From Candidatus Woesearchaeota archaeon (GTDB lineage: Archaea; Nanobdellota; Nanobdellia; Woesearchaeales; GCA-2685855): a stretch of 64,000 nt of DNA. The position numbers were made by a program, and so were the translations under genes. Each line of letters begins with the position of its first letter. The first letter of the stretch is position 1. Below, piece after piece: positions 18,441 to 27,795 of this stretch. The notes under the pieces are model-generated. The model did no database searches. It saw only the letters and a program-made list of their open reading frames with translations, and had not been told where the DNA came from. Location: contig NYYS01000018.1 of NCBI GenBank assembly GCA_002685855.1, positions 12,859 to 76,858 on the forward strand, read 5' to 3'.

Positions 18441-19775
18441 TCACTTTAGAATTACTGCCTTTCTTGTTGAAGATTCTTTAATACCCTGAGTTGTCTGCTC
18501 AAACCGAATAAAGTAGACTCCGCTCGAGAGAGTAGATGCATTCCAGCGATAACTATGTTGCCCTGGAGCAAGTTCTCCTTCGAAGATGGAGGTTACTTGT
18601 TGACCTGTAAGGGCATACGCAGAAATACTTCCCTGTCCACCTCTTGAAAGGATTTGGATCTGAGTTGAGGGGTTAAAAGGATTAGGAAAGATATTCTCAA
18701 TACGTGAATGAACTAATGGTGCTGATGGAGGGATTGGATCAGCAATACCCACCTCTGGTTTTTCTGGAAGGCCATAGGTAATTAAAAGAAATTCCCCGTT
18801 TGGAGTTCTGTCCTGGAGCATTCGCGCAAAGACGTCTGCATTCCATAGGCCAGGAAATTGTTTGTTCGGATCCCTATCTGAATAACGTGCAATTTGCGCA
18901 TTTATGTATGGACCAACTTCGTGTCTCTCATCGGAGTTAGTTCTATGTCCTCTCATTTCATGCTCAAATATGAGCTGAGATATGAGTGAATCAGAGGGAT
19001 TTTCTGTATTCCAAAAAACTTCGCATAAAACAGGTTCAATCACGTTCGATGTAGGATGCATTCTCACAATAGGATTTGCTTCATTCGTATAATAAGGGAG
19101 AATGTTCCAGCCGCCAACAGTAACAGAGTCAGGAACAATTTCAATTTCTCGAGGTGCAATTTCTCGAGCATAATCACCAATACAAGCTTCTAATCCTTTA
19201 ATATGGTTCGGATTTGAGATTGAGGGATCTATCCAAACCTGGTAGGCAGTGAGTCCTGCGTCTTCGATAAAACTATTTTTTGGCCAAGGATTATCTCCAT
19301 AATTCATATTTCCATAATGAACTATTCTTTCAGGTTCCCATTGATTGATTTGCCATTCAAGGAATTGATTATACACAACAACCTCCCTTGGCCGTACAGG
19401 CACGATGGTGCTATCCCCGCGGTCAATCCAGCTAGTATCCGGATATTGTACTAAGAGAACAGGTTGCGGTTTGAATATAATATTATTGTCAAATTGTTTG
19501 TAGAAGTTGTCATATCCTTCTGTTTCTACCCATACTGCTCCTCCCTGGTGTTCAGGAAAGCTTACTTCACCATTAGAATCTGTGAATTTGATATCATCGT
19601 TGTAATCAACAGGAACACCAACAACAAATTCACCTGTTGCCACATCCCGTAACACGAAATCTGTAGCTTGGGCATTATGAGGCTGTGCTAACCCTATTCC
19701 CCTGACTGTACCTGCGATTAAAAGACTCTTTGGAACCTTCCGGGACGCCTTCCTAACCATATCACCAAGACTCAT
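18441..19775 (-). CDS. secreted protein with a C-terminal T9SS/Por-type sorting-domain-like beta-sandwich
   Basis: C-terminal ~80 aa 'FPNPFNPSTQIQILS...ISAYALTGQQVTSIF...GQHSYRWNAS...SGVYFIRFEQ' matches the Por C-terminal sorting-domain pattern. N-terminal catalytic-looking region is unassigned. Confidence 0.5.
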   Translation of the reverse strand: MSLGDMVRKASRKVPKSLLIAGTVRGIGLAQPHNAQATDFVLRDVATGEFVVGVPVDYNDDIKFTDSNGEVSFPEHQGGAVWVETEGYDNFYKQFDNNIIFKPQPVLLVQYPDTSWIDRGDSTIVPVRPREVVVYNQFLEWQINQWEPERIVHYGNMNYGDNPWPKNSFIEDAGLTAYQVWIDPSISNPNHIKGLEACIGDYAREIAPREIEIVPDSVTVGGWNILPYYTNEANPIVRMHPTSNVIEPVLCEVFWNTENPSDSLISQLIFEHEMRGHRTNSDERHEVGPYINAQIARYSDRDPNKQFPGLWNADVFARMLQDRTPNGEFLLITYGLPEKPEVGIADPIPPSAPLVHSRIENIFPNPFNPSTQIQILSRGGQGSISAYALTGQQVTSIFEGELAPGQHSYRWNASTLSSGVYFIRFEQTTQGIKESSTRKAVILK

Positions 19776-20005
19776 ACTCTTTGGAATAGGCTTAAATTAT
19801 AAAAACATTTGTGAGAACAGGATTAATAGCTATATAGTCATTAAATCATTCATCTAAAATGACCTCATAAAAATTTTGTTCTTTATATGCAGGAAAACCT
19901 GTTTTTCTCGCTTGAATAACAGTGTCATCCTTGTTTTCTATAAACTGACTAATACTTGCCTGAAACAGAGAGATCGGATGCATCGATGTAATTTCTGCCT
20001 CTTTT

Positions 20006-20536
20006 TTATACTCTGTGAAGTCGGTCTTTTTGTCTGTTAATTTCTTTTTGTAATTCTATGAAGTTCTGTATTCTATAAGTGAAATATCCCATAATCGTAT
20101 CTTTTTTAGCAAAATGTCCGTATTCATGTGCGATTATGGCAAGTAAATCTTTTTCATTTAACATTTGAAGCGTAGCCAATCCGATTATGATTTTTTCCCT
20201 GAATAATCCACTTACAGCAATTTCACTACCTTCTGAAAGAATAATTTTATGCGGTTTTTTCTGTCCTGTTTTCTTGATAATCTTGTTTATAATTCCAGTC
20301 AGTTTTTTGGCGTCCTTTTGTTTTAATTTCATTTCATATCCTTTATCTGATTTTCTAAAAATTCCCAACCAAATACCAACTAAAATTGGCCAACAAAATA
20401 CGATAAACATAAAGTTGTATATATAAATAATTAAACCAATCGCAATGAGAAAGCAAACAATCATGCCAAAACCGAATATTAACATAAAAAAGGAGTATAT
20501 TATTTCAAACCTGTCCGAATTAATCTTAACTTCCAT
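20006..20536 (-). CDS. membrane-anchored HExxH zinc-metalloprotease-like protein, probably truncated (M48/M56-like N-terminal part)
   Basis: Two TM helices then 'IIAHEYGHFAKKD'. ORF ends ~30 aa after the motif, so it lacks the usual third metal ligand region. Confidence 0.4.
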   Translation of the reverse strand: MEVKINSDRFEIIYSFFMLIFGFGMIVCFLIAIGLIIYIYNFMFIVFCWPILVGIWLGIFRKSDKGYEMKLKQKDAKKLTGIINKIIKKTGQKKPHKIILSEGSEIAVSGLFREKIIIGLATLQMLNEKDLLAIIAHEYGHFAKKDTIMGYFTYRIQNFIELQKEINRQKDRLHRV

Positions 20537-20876
20537 TATTTAAATAATATATAACTATTCATTTATTAATATTTTCAAAAAAGGGGCGTGTCTATATATA
20601 TGTTCTCTTTGTGACGTAAACTTTTTTAAAGAAAGAATCCACTTTATCCTTTGGGCTATATGGTTTACTATACGGGATTTATTGAAAATTAAACACATTC
20701 CTTAAGAATTTTCTTAACATTAATCCTTGTTGTAGATGATTCTTCTTCTTTTTGGTCAAAGCGTATTGCAGAGATTAAGTAGTCCTCCATTCTCACTTGA
20801 TCTCCCTGTTTGATTATTTGTAGAACGCTAACAAATTCAACTTATTTAATAATGTCAAAATTATTATACTCATCCC

Positions 20877-22103
20877 CTACCCCATCTCCACCAACAACCT
20901 ATCCGGATCTTCCAGCAAATCCCGAACCTTCACCAAGAAACGAACAGCCTCAGCACCATCCACAACCCGGTGATCAACAGTCAACGACAACGGCAACACC
21001 ATCCGCGGCTTCACCACCTTCATCACCGTCTCCATCACACGCGGCAACTCCCGAATACGACCCAAACCAAGAATTGCCACCTCAGGACTATTCAGAATCG
21101 GAGTAAAAAACAAACCACCAAGACTACCAATACTCGTAATCGTAAAACTTCCACCCTTCAAATCCATACTATTAACACTACCATCAACACACTTCTTCGC
21201 AAGCTTCTCAATCTCCTTTGCAATAGAAAGCATACTCTTCTTATCCACCCCCTTCACAACAGGAACAAGCAACTTCTTCCCTGTATCCACCGCAACACCA
21301 AAATTAAAATACTTCTTCACAACAATCTCATCCCCATTCAACTCAGCATTCAACCGAGGAAACTCCTGCAACGCCTCAACAACCGCCTTCATCACAAACG
21401 GCAAAAACGTCAACTTCACCCCCTGCTTCATCGCAGGACCCTTCTCCTTCTTACGAATCTTCACAAGATCAGTAACATCCGCCTCCTCACAAACAGTATA
21501 CTGCGCAGAAGAACTCAAACTCTGCTGCAACTTCGACGCCACCAACCGACGCCCAACAAAACTCTCCCGCTCAACATACCCCCACAAATCATACTTCTTC
21601 TGAACCCGAGCACCACCACCAACACCCTCCCGAGCCATCTTGCGATACTTCGGCATCATCCTCTTCCTACCCTCATGACTCCCACTCTCAACAGCAGCCC
21701 CCTCCTCCCCCAACTCCATCGTATTCTCATCCAACGTCCCAACAACACTATCCGCATAATGATCAGAACCACCACTCTTCTTATCCTCAGAACCACCCTT
21801 CTCCACCCTCCCCGAAGCCGCCCCCTTAGAAGGAACATGAACCTCTCCCCCACCAACAGAACCACTCCCATCATCAATCCGAACCATCACCTCCCCCACC
21901 TTCACAACATCCCCCTCCTTATGCATAACACCAACAATCTTCCCAGAAAGAGGCGAAGGAATCTCAACAACAGCCTTATCCGTCTCCACCTCAGCCAACA
22001 CCTGATCCTGCTTCACAACATCACCAACTTTAACCTTCCAATGCAACAACGTACCTTCCTGAATCCCCTCTCCAACATCCGGAAACTTAAAATCAAGCGT
22101 CAT
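20877..22103 (-). CDS. dihydrolipoamide acyltransferase (2-oxoacid dehydrogenase E2)
   Basis: Lipoyl domain 'VETDKAVVEIPSPLSGKI'. Catalytic 'SLTVDHRVVDGAEAVRF'. TAG stop. Confidence 0.85.
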   Translation of the reverse strand: MTLDFKFPDVGEGIQEGTLLHWKVKVGDVVKQDQVLAEVETDKAVVEIPSPLSGKIVGVMHKEGDVVKVGEVMVRIDDGSGSVGGGEVHVPSKGAASGRVEKGGSEDKKSGGSDHYADSVVGTLDENTMELGEEGAAVESGSHEGRKRMMPKYRKMAREGVGGGARVQKKYDLWGYVERESFVGRRLVASKLQQSLSSSAQYTVCEEADVTDLVKIRKKEKGPAMKQGVKLTFLPFVMKAVVEALQEFPRLNAELNGDEIVVKKYFNFGVAVDTGKKLLVPVVKGVDKKSMLSIAKEIEKLAKKCVDGSVNSMDLKGGSFTITSIGSLGGLFFTPILNSPEVAILGLGRIRELPRVMETVMKVVKPRMVLPLSLTVDHRVVDGAEAVRFLVKVRDLLEDPDRLLVEMG

Positions 22104-22136
22104 TCTCCCTTAAACCTTCTTAATAACAAACCTTCT

Positions 22137-23105
22137 CTACCCCTTCAACACCCGGTTAACCGCATCCTTAATCCGCTCCTTCGAAGGAATATAATTATTC
22201 TCCAACTGATAATACGGAATAGGCGTATCATACCCCGTCACCCGAACCACCGGACTCTCCAAATCATAAATCGCCTTCTCATTAATAACAGCAACAACCT
22301 CCGCCCCCATCCCCAACGTCCGAGCAGCCTCATGCACAACAACACAACGACCCGTCTTCCGAACCGAATCCAAAAGAGTCGCCTCATCCAACGGCCACAA
22401 CGTACGCAAGTCAATCAACTCACAACTCACATCCAAACCAATAACCGCCTCACGAACCGTCTTCATCGTAGCACCATAACTCACAACCGTAACCTGGCTG
22501 CCCGACTGAACAACCTTCGCCTTCCCCAACGGCAACACAAAATCATCATCAGGAACCTCCTGCTTCACACTCCTGTAAATCCGCTTCGGCTCTAAAAACA
22601 CAACAGGATCAGGATCACGAATAGCCGCAGCCAACAACCCCTTTGCATCATACGGCGTAGAAGGAATCACCACCTTCAACCCCGGCGTATGCACATAAAT
22701 GCTTTCCATACTCTCACTATGATGCTCCAACGCACGAATCCCCCCACCATACGGACTCCGCACAACCAACGGACAACTAAACGCCCCCATCGACCGATGC
22801 CGCACACGCGCAGCATGACTCGCCAAATGCTCAAACGCATCATAAATAAAACCCGAAAACTGAATCTCACACACTGGCTTTAAACCAACAACAGCCATCC
22901 CAATCGCCGTCGCAACAATCCCCGACTCACAAAGAGGCGTATCAACCACCCGCTTCCCACCATACTTCTTCCACAACCCATCCGTAGCCCGAAACACACC
23001 ACCATTCCTTCCAACATCCTCCCCCATCACCAACACAGCCTTATCACGCTTCAACTCCTGATCAAGCGCAGCAGTCACTGCCTGTAAAATAGTCATCACC
23101 GTCAT
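22137..23105 (-). CDS. pyruvate/2-oxoacid dehydrogenase E1 beta subunit
   Basis: Transketolase-like beta-subunit motifs ('VVDTPLCESGIVATAIGMA', 'PYGGGIRALEHHSES'). Overlaps the E1 alpha stop by 4 nt. Confidence 0.85.
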   Translation of the reverse strand: MTVMTILQAVTAALDQELKRDKAVLVMGEDVGRNGGVFRATDGLWKKYGGKRVVDTPLCESGIVATAIGMAVVGLKPVCEIQFSGFIYDAFEHLASHAARVRHRSMGAFSCPLVVRSPYGGGIRALEHHSESMESIYVHTPGLKVVIPSTPYDAKGLLAAAIRDPDPVVFLEPKRIYRSVKQEVPDDDFVLPLGKAKVVQSGSQVTVVSYGATMKTVREAVIGLDVSCELIDLRTLWPLDEATLLDSVRKTGRCVVVHEAARTLGMGAEVVAVINEKAIYDLESPVVRVTGYDTPIPYYQLENNYIPSKERIKDAVNRVLKG

Positions 23106-24169
23106 TTTAAAAACCTCTTCGCATCTTCCAACTGCTCATCAAACTGAGGAATAGACTCAGCAAACACATGCGCAAAGATCTGATCAATAGGCGGCTTCCC
23201 AATCTCCTCCCACTTTTTAACTTCCTGATCAATCAACACAGCATGCTCACTCTCCAACTTCTTCTCCCAAGACTCACTCCACAACTTCCTCCCCTTCAAA
23301 TACTTCTGAAACCGCAACAACGGATCACGAACAGCCCACACCTTCAAATCCTTCGGATCACGATACTTCTTTGCATCATCCGAAGTCGTATGATCACACA
23401 TCCGATACGTAAACGCCTCAATCAACGTAGGACCCTTCCCAGCACGCGCCTTCTTCAACGCACTTCCAATAACAGACACCAACCCAAGAATATCATTCCC
23501 ATCCACCTGAACAGAATCAACCCCGTAAGCAATCCCCTTCTGCGCTATCGTCTCCGCCATCGTCTGCCTTGCACGCGCAGTACTAATAGCAAACTGATTA
23601 TTCTGACAAAAAAACACACTATTCGTAGAATACACACCCGCAAAGTTCAACCCACTATGAAAATCACCCCGACTCGTAGCCCCATCACCAAACGTAACAA
23701 TAGCCGCATTCTTCTTCCCCTGCAACTTCAACGCCCAACCCGCACCTGTACAATGCGGCGTCTGACTCCCAACAGGAATCGCAATCGGAAACACCCGAAC
23801 ATCACTATGCAAATTCATCCCCCGCTCATCCCCTGCCCAATACAACAACAACTTAGAAATAGGAACACCCAACGCAATCAACGCACCCGTCTCACGATAC
23901 CCGGGAAAAAACCAATCCCCCTTCTTCAAACAATGCGTCAACGCCACCTCACCCGCCTCCTGACCCGTATACTGCACATACGTACCCGTCTTCCCCGTCC
24001 TCTGCAATGCCAACCCCTTCCGATCATACTGCCGAATCAGATGCATCTTCTTATACAACGCCTTCAACTCAGAAACAGACAACTTCGGATCCAGCTTCGA
24101 ATCTACCTTTCCCTTCTCATCCAACACCTGCACATACTCAACCTTGAACTGCTTAATCGTCTTCTTCAT
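23102..24169 (-). CDS. pyruvate/2-oxoacid dehydrogenase E1 alpha subunit (TPP-binding)
   Basis: TPP motif 'FGDGATSRGDF...NNQFAIS'. Start placed at 'MKKTIKQF' (Met32 of track ORF), 1 nt after the lipA stop. Confidence 0.8.
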   Translation of the reverse strand: MKKTIKQFKVEYVQVLDEKGKVDSKLDPKLSVSELKALYKKMHLIRQYDRKGLALQRTGKTGTYVQYTGQEAGEVALTHCLKKGDWFFPGYRETGALIALGVPISKLLLYWAGDERGMNLHSDVRVFPIAIPVGSQTPHCTGAGWALKLQGKKNAAIVTFGDGATSRGDFHSGLNFAGVYSTNSVFFCQNNQFAISTARARQTMAETIAQKGIAYGVDSVQVDGNDILGLVSVIGSALKKARAGKGPTLIEAFTYRMCDHTTSDDAKKYRDPKDLKVWAVRDPLLRFQKYLKGRKLWSESWEKKLESEHAVLIDQEVKKWEEIGKPPIDQIFAHVFAESIPQFDEQLEDAKRFLK

Positions 24170-24170
24170 C

Positions 24171-25067
24171 CTACACCCTCTTTTTCGAATCCCGCGACAC
24201 ACAGTGCATATACGCCTCATACGCCCGATAACTACTCCGCACAAACGGCCCGGAAACAACAACCTTCAATCCCGCTTCCCTACCCAAAACTTCATACCTT
24301 TTAAATTGTTCGGGTCGCACATACTCCACCACATCCAGCAAACCCTTTCGAGGCCTCAAATACTGCCCCACAGAAACAATAGACACACCCACAGAAACAA
24401 GATCCCGAAACACCTCCACCACCTCCTTCTCAGATTCACCCAACCCAACCATCAACCCACTCTTCACCACCACCCCCGGAAAAACCCGAGCAACCTCCCG
24501 CAGCACAGACAAACTCTGCTCATACCCCGCCCGCCTATCCCGAACCTTTGACTGTAACCGTTTAACCGTCTCCAAATTATGACCAAACACATCCACCAAC
24601 CCTCCAACCCGCCGAACCAATCCTAAATCTCCACGAAAATCCTGCGCCAACACCTCCACAACCAATTCAGGATTCAACTCCTTCACCAAAGAAACACAAT
24701 TAGCAAGATGCCCTGCACCCTGATCAACAAGATCATCCCTACAAACAGTAGTAATCACCGCATACTTTAACCCTAACTTCTGCAAAGAGATAGCAAGACG
24801 CCGAGGCTCCTCAACATCCAACACCTCCCCCTTCCCACACGAACGAACATTACAAAACCTACACCCCCGCGTACAAGAATCCCCCATCACCATAAACGTC
24901 AACGTACGACTACTCCAACACTCAGACATATTCGGACAATGCGACTCCTGACAAACAGTCGCAACCCCAGACTCATCCACCAATCCCTTTAACTCAGCAA
25001 ACGGCTCAACACAAGGAGGCCGAATCCGCAACCACAAAGGCTTCTCCCCAGAAACAACAACCTCCAC
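24171..25067 (-). CDS. lipA: lipoyl synthase LipA (radical SAM)
   Basis: 'CQESHCPNMSECW' auxiliary cluster and 'CTRGCRFC' radical SAM motif. Confidence 0.85.
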   Translation of the reverse strand: MEVVVSGEKPLWLRIRPPCVEPFAELKGLVDESGVATVCQESHCPNMSECWSSRTLTFMVMGDSCTRGCRFCNVRSCGKGEVLDVEEPRRLAISLQKLGLKYAVITTVCRDDLVDQGAGHLANCVSLVKELNPELVVEVLAQDFRGDLGLVRRVGGLVDVFGHNLETVKRLQSKVRDRRAGYEQSLSVLREVARVFPGVVVKSGLMVGLGESEKEVVEVFRDLVSVGVSIVSVGQYLRPRKGLLDVVEYVRPEQFKRYEVLGREAGLKVVVSGPFVRSSYRAYEAYMHCVSRDSKKRV

Positions 25068-25068
25068 C

Positions 25069-25335
25069 CTACTCCCCCGACGCCCACTCCTTCATCTGAT
25101 CCAAAGAAGCCTCTCCACAAATACTCTTCTCCGTTTTCTCATTAAAAAAGAAAGGAACACCCCCACACTTCCCACCATCAAGCTTCTCCCGTAACGCATT
25201 ATTCTCCTCATCATGCCACACCTCAAGCCGAACAACCTTTACATTTAACGATTTCTCCAACTCCGCCACCACCGGTTCCATCTCATGACAATGACCACAC
25301 TCTGTCCCTGTAAACATCAACAACCTATCTCCCAT
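25069..25335 (-). CDS. thioredoxin/glutaredoxin-fold protein (CGHC)
   Basis: 'FTGTECGHCHEM' CxxC active-site context; 88 aa. First gene of the lipA-PDH operon. Confidence 0.55.
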   Translation of the reverse strand: MGDRLLMFTGTECGHCHEMEPVVAELEKSLNVKVVRLEVWHDEENNALREKLDGGKCGGVPFFFNEKTEKSICGEASLDQMKEWASGE

Positions 25336-25426
25336 ACGCTCACCTCCCTATACCTTACAAAGAACCATTTTTATACCTTTCCATTAACCCAAAATTAGAT
25401 AAACACCCCAAAATTCACAAAAACCG

Positions 25427-26184
25427 ATGAGAGGACGCCCCAAAAAACAACTATCTCAACAAACAATTCTCCAAGAACTCCGGGCCTGCGACAACACCCT
25501 TCAAGAACTCCACGTAACCCCAAAACCCCAACAAACCCCCCTCTACCGCGCATACGAAAACCTCGGCACCGAAATCATCCGACACGGCATCGACGCCCTC
25601 GCCCACATCATCTTCTTTGGAGAAACCCTCCACGCAGCAAAAAACGGCACCCCCCTCGAAACAGTCCTCGAAAGATACGAACTCACACCCTCCGCCCCAC
25701 TCGTTATTCCCCTCTCAACCATACAAAAAAGAGGAATCTACATCCCCCAAACCGCCTACACAGACCTCTTCCTCCCCCGCGCTACCTCAGCCACTCCTCA
25801 CAACCCGAACGCTGGATACCCCTCTTCAACAGCGAAGACATAGGAAGAATCCTCTTCACCCCCCAATTCAACGGCCCCCACCCAAACACCGCATTCCAGC
25901 AGGCCCTCCTCGCCCTCTCAACCACGTGGACCGCCAACGACCTCCACCCCCCAGCAAACCGCAACTACGGACTCAACTTTGCCCACAAACTCTGGAACAT
26001 CTGCACCGAACACATCCTCCACCCCTCAAAAACCATCCACCGCGAACAGATCCTCCACTCAAAAAACAACAAAACACCTCCCCAGTTCAGACTCCACGCC
26101 CACGAAGCATACAACAAAACAACACAATTCCTCCGCTACTATTCAACCATCATAGACCCCCTCCTCCCACACAACCCAAAATAA
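25427..26184 (+). pseudogene. hypothetical protein gene with a probable -1 frameshift near 25790-25815
   Basis: Frame-2 ORF (25427-25843) is followed by ~125 stop-free, Met-free codons in the adjacent frame ending TAA 26182-26184, with a protein-like translation. The track's alternative ORF 25617-26252 is Pro/His low-complexity junk. Confidence 0.35.
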
Positions 26185-26230
26185 CACCCCGCAACCAAAC
26201 TTTTAAAAACCCCTCCTTCCACACCCCTCC

Positions 26231-26710
26231 ATGTTCATCACCGACTTCATAACAAAGGTAGAATCCTCAGAATCCTACAAAGAATTCATAAAAAATCACC
26301 CCGACTACTACCTCGTACACCTCTTCTGCATGCAGCCAGACGAAAACTGGCAAGCCGGCTACTACTCAGAAAAAGAAGACAAGATCGTCATCTTCTCCGG
26401 CACCCCCGTCATGAACTCAACAGAAGAAGACTCCTTCAAAAAACAAGGAATCATCCACCCCCTTCCCATCAACGAAATAACAATCGACGCAGACAAAGCA
26501 ATCCAGCTCGCAGAACAGGCAAAAAACACCAAACACTCCGCAGAAACCATAAACAAAAAAATCATCATCCTCCAAATCATCGAACAACCCGTATGGAACA
26601 TTACATTAATCTCAGACAGCTTCTCCATGATCAACATCCGCATCCATGCAAAAACAGGAGAAACACTCAGAATAAAAGCAGACTCCATCCTCTCCCTCGG
26701 AAAAAAATAA
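26231..26710 (+). CDS. hypothetical protein (159 aa)
   Basis: Clean ORF with native composition. No motif assigned. Confidence 0.45.
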   Translation: MFITDFITKVESSESYKEFIKNHPDYYLVHLFCMQPDENWQAGYYSEKEDKIVIFSGTPVMNSTEEDSFKKQGIIHPLPINEITIDADKAIQLAEQAKNTKHSAETINKKIIILQIIEQPVWNITLISDSFSMINIRIHAKTGETLRIKADSILSLGKK

Positions 26711-27074
26711 CACACACCTTCTCAACACAAAACATCCCCTACACCAAAATCATTCCCAAAAAAATTCCCAACACAAAACATTTTCACCACCAAAACCCCT
26801 TCTCCAAACAACAATCCCCCAACAACCAAAACTATCGACGACAAAACAACAATTTACCAACCAGTCAAAACACAACGTTTCACTTCAAAAGGACTAATGT
26901 TGTACTAAAAAAGATAGATTCCTTCTTCATGTTTTGCAAACAATCTATTACAAGGCAATCATCTTTTTATAAGACCCATTCCTAAAGGAACATACTGAAC
27001 AGTGGGGCAGTTTTAAGATGAACGACATAAGCTATAAAGCAAAAATTAAGAGCAAAACCTTAACCTCATTTTTT

Positions 27075-27110
27075 GAAGAGGAGTAACCCTCTTCCTTCTT
27101 TTTATTTTTT
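27075..27110 (+). terminator. stem-loop (GAAGAGG/CCTCTTC, 7 bp) followed by T-rich run
   Basis: Perfect 7-bp hairpin followed by 'cttctttttatttttt'. Lies in a ~415-nt ORF-free gap. Confidence 0.35.
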
Positions 27111-27126
27111 AGAATTCTTCCAAAAC

Positions 27127-27795
27127 CTAGACGCCATTCCTCAACAGCCCAGGAATCCTTGCAAGAGACTCAACCTCATGCGCAAAATCAGCATGCCTCA
27201 CCACATACTCCCGAAGCATCTCGGGAGTATTCATCGCATACTCATGCGTAACAGCAAAAAACTCCAAATTCTCCGCCCCCATCTCCCTCGCAGCCAACAC
27301 CTCCTCCCCATCACACACCATATCCCCAAAATACCCCACCCGTCTTCCACCAAACTCAACAGCTAACTCATACAACTGCTGCGCCTTCCCATTTACCGGA
27401 CTCCGAACATTCCCCAACAAATGAACAAACCCATCCCGCTCAAACTTCATGCGAACCCGTTCAGGAGTATCATTCGTCACAAAATACAACCCCTCACCAG
27501 CAAGCTCAGCCTCCAACACCACCTCCCGCGCACCCGGAATCAAAGAAGACGGCCCCAGCTTCTCATACTCCACACCAAACTCCTCAACAACCTCCTCCAC
27601 CTCCTCCTCAGGATGCCCCATATCCCTAGCCAGTTTTCTCCAATCCATCGACTGTAGATTCCTCTGATAAAACCCTAAACTCACAGGAGCATGCCCCCGC
27701 TTCACAAGAAGATGATTCTCAAGATTAAACGCAGGCAGAAGCGAATCATACAACGTCCCATCCAAATCCAGCAATGGAATAAGCATCGAAGTCAT
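27127..27795 (-). CDS. HAD-superfamily hydrolase
   Basis: N-terminal 'LLDLDGTLYDS' (DxDGT) motif I. Overlaps the upstream thymidylate-kinase-like gene by 4 nt. Confidence 0.65.
   Translation of the reverse strand: MTSMLIPLLDLDGTLYDSLLPAFNLENHLLVKRGHAPVSLGFYQRNLQSMDWRKLARDMGHPEEEVEEVVEEFGVEYEKLGPSSLIPGAREVVLEAELAGEGLYFVTNDTPERVRMKFERDGFVHLLGNVRSPVNGKAQQLYELAVEFGGRRVGYFGDMVCDGEEVLAAREMGAENLEFFAVTHEYAMNTPEMLREYVVRHADFAHEVESLARIPGLLRNGV

Noticed and set aside
20970-22595. 541-aa + strand ORF (H/R/N/L/P/T-rich) antisense to the PDH E2/E1beta genes, and similar long ORFs at 23168-24304, 5548-5919, 1286-1855, 38828-39478, 41274-42098, 28188-28697 and 62398-63570
   Set aside because: Low-complexity translations without Met-proximal sense. 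They are shadows of convincingly annotated genes on the other strand or frame. Long stop-free off-frames are expected from the extreme C/A-rich, G/T-poor composition.
25617-26252. 211-aa Pro-rich ORF listed in the track
   Set aside because: Pro/His/Gln low-complexity translation. The adjacent frame gives a diverse protein-like sequence continuous with the 25427 ORF after a probable frameshift.
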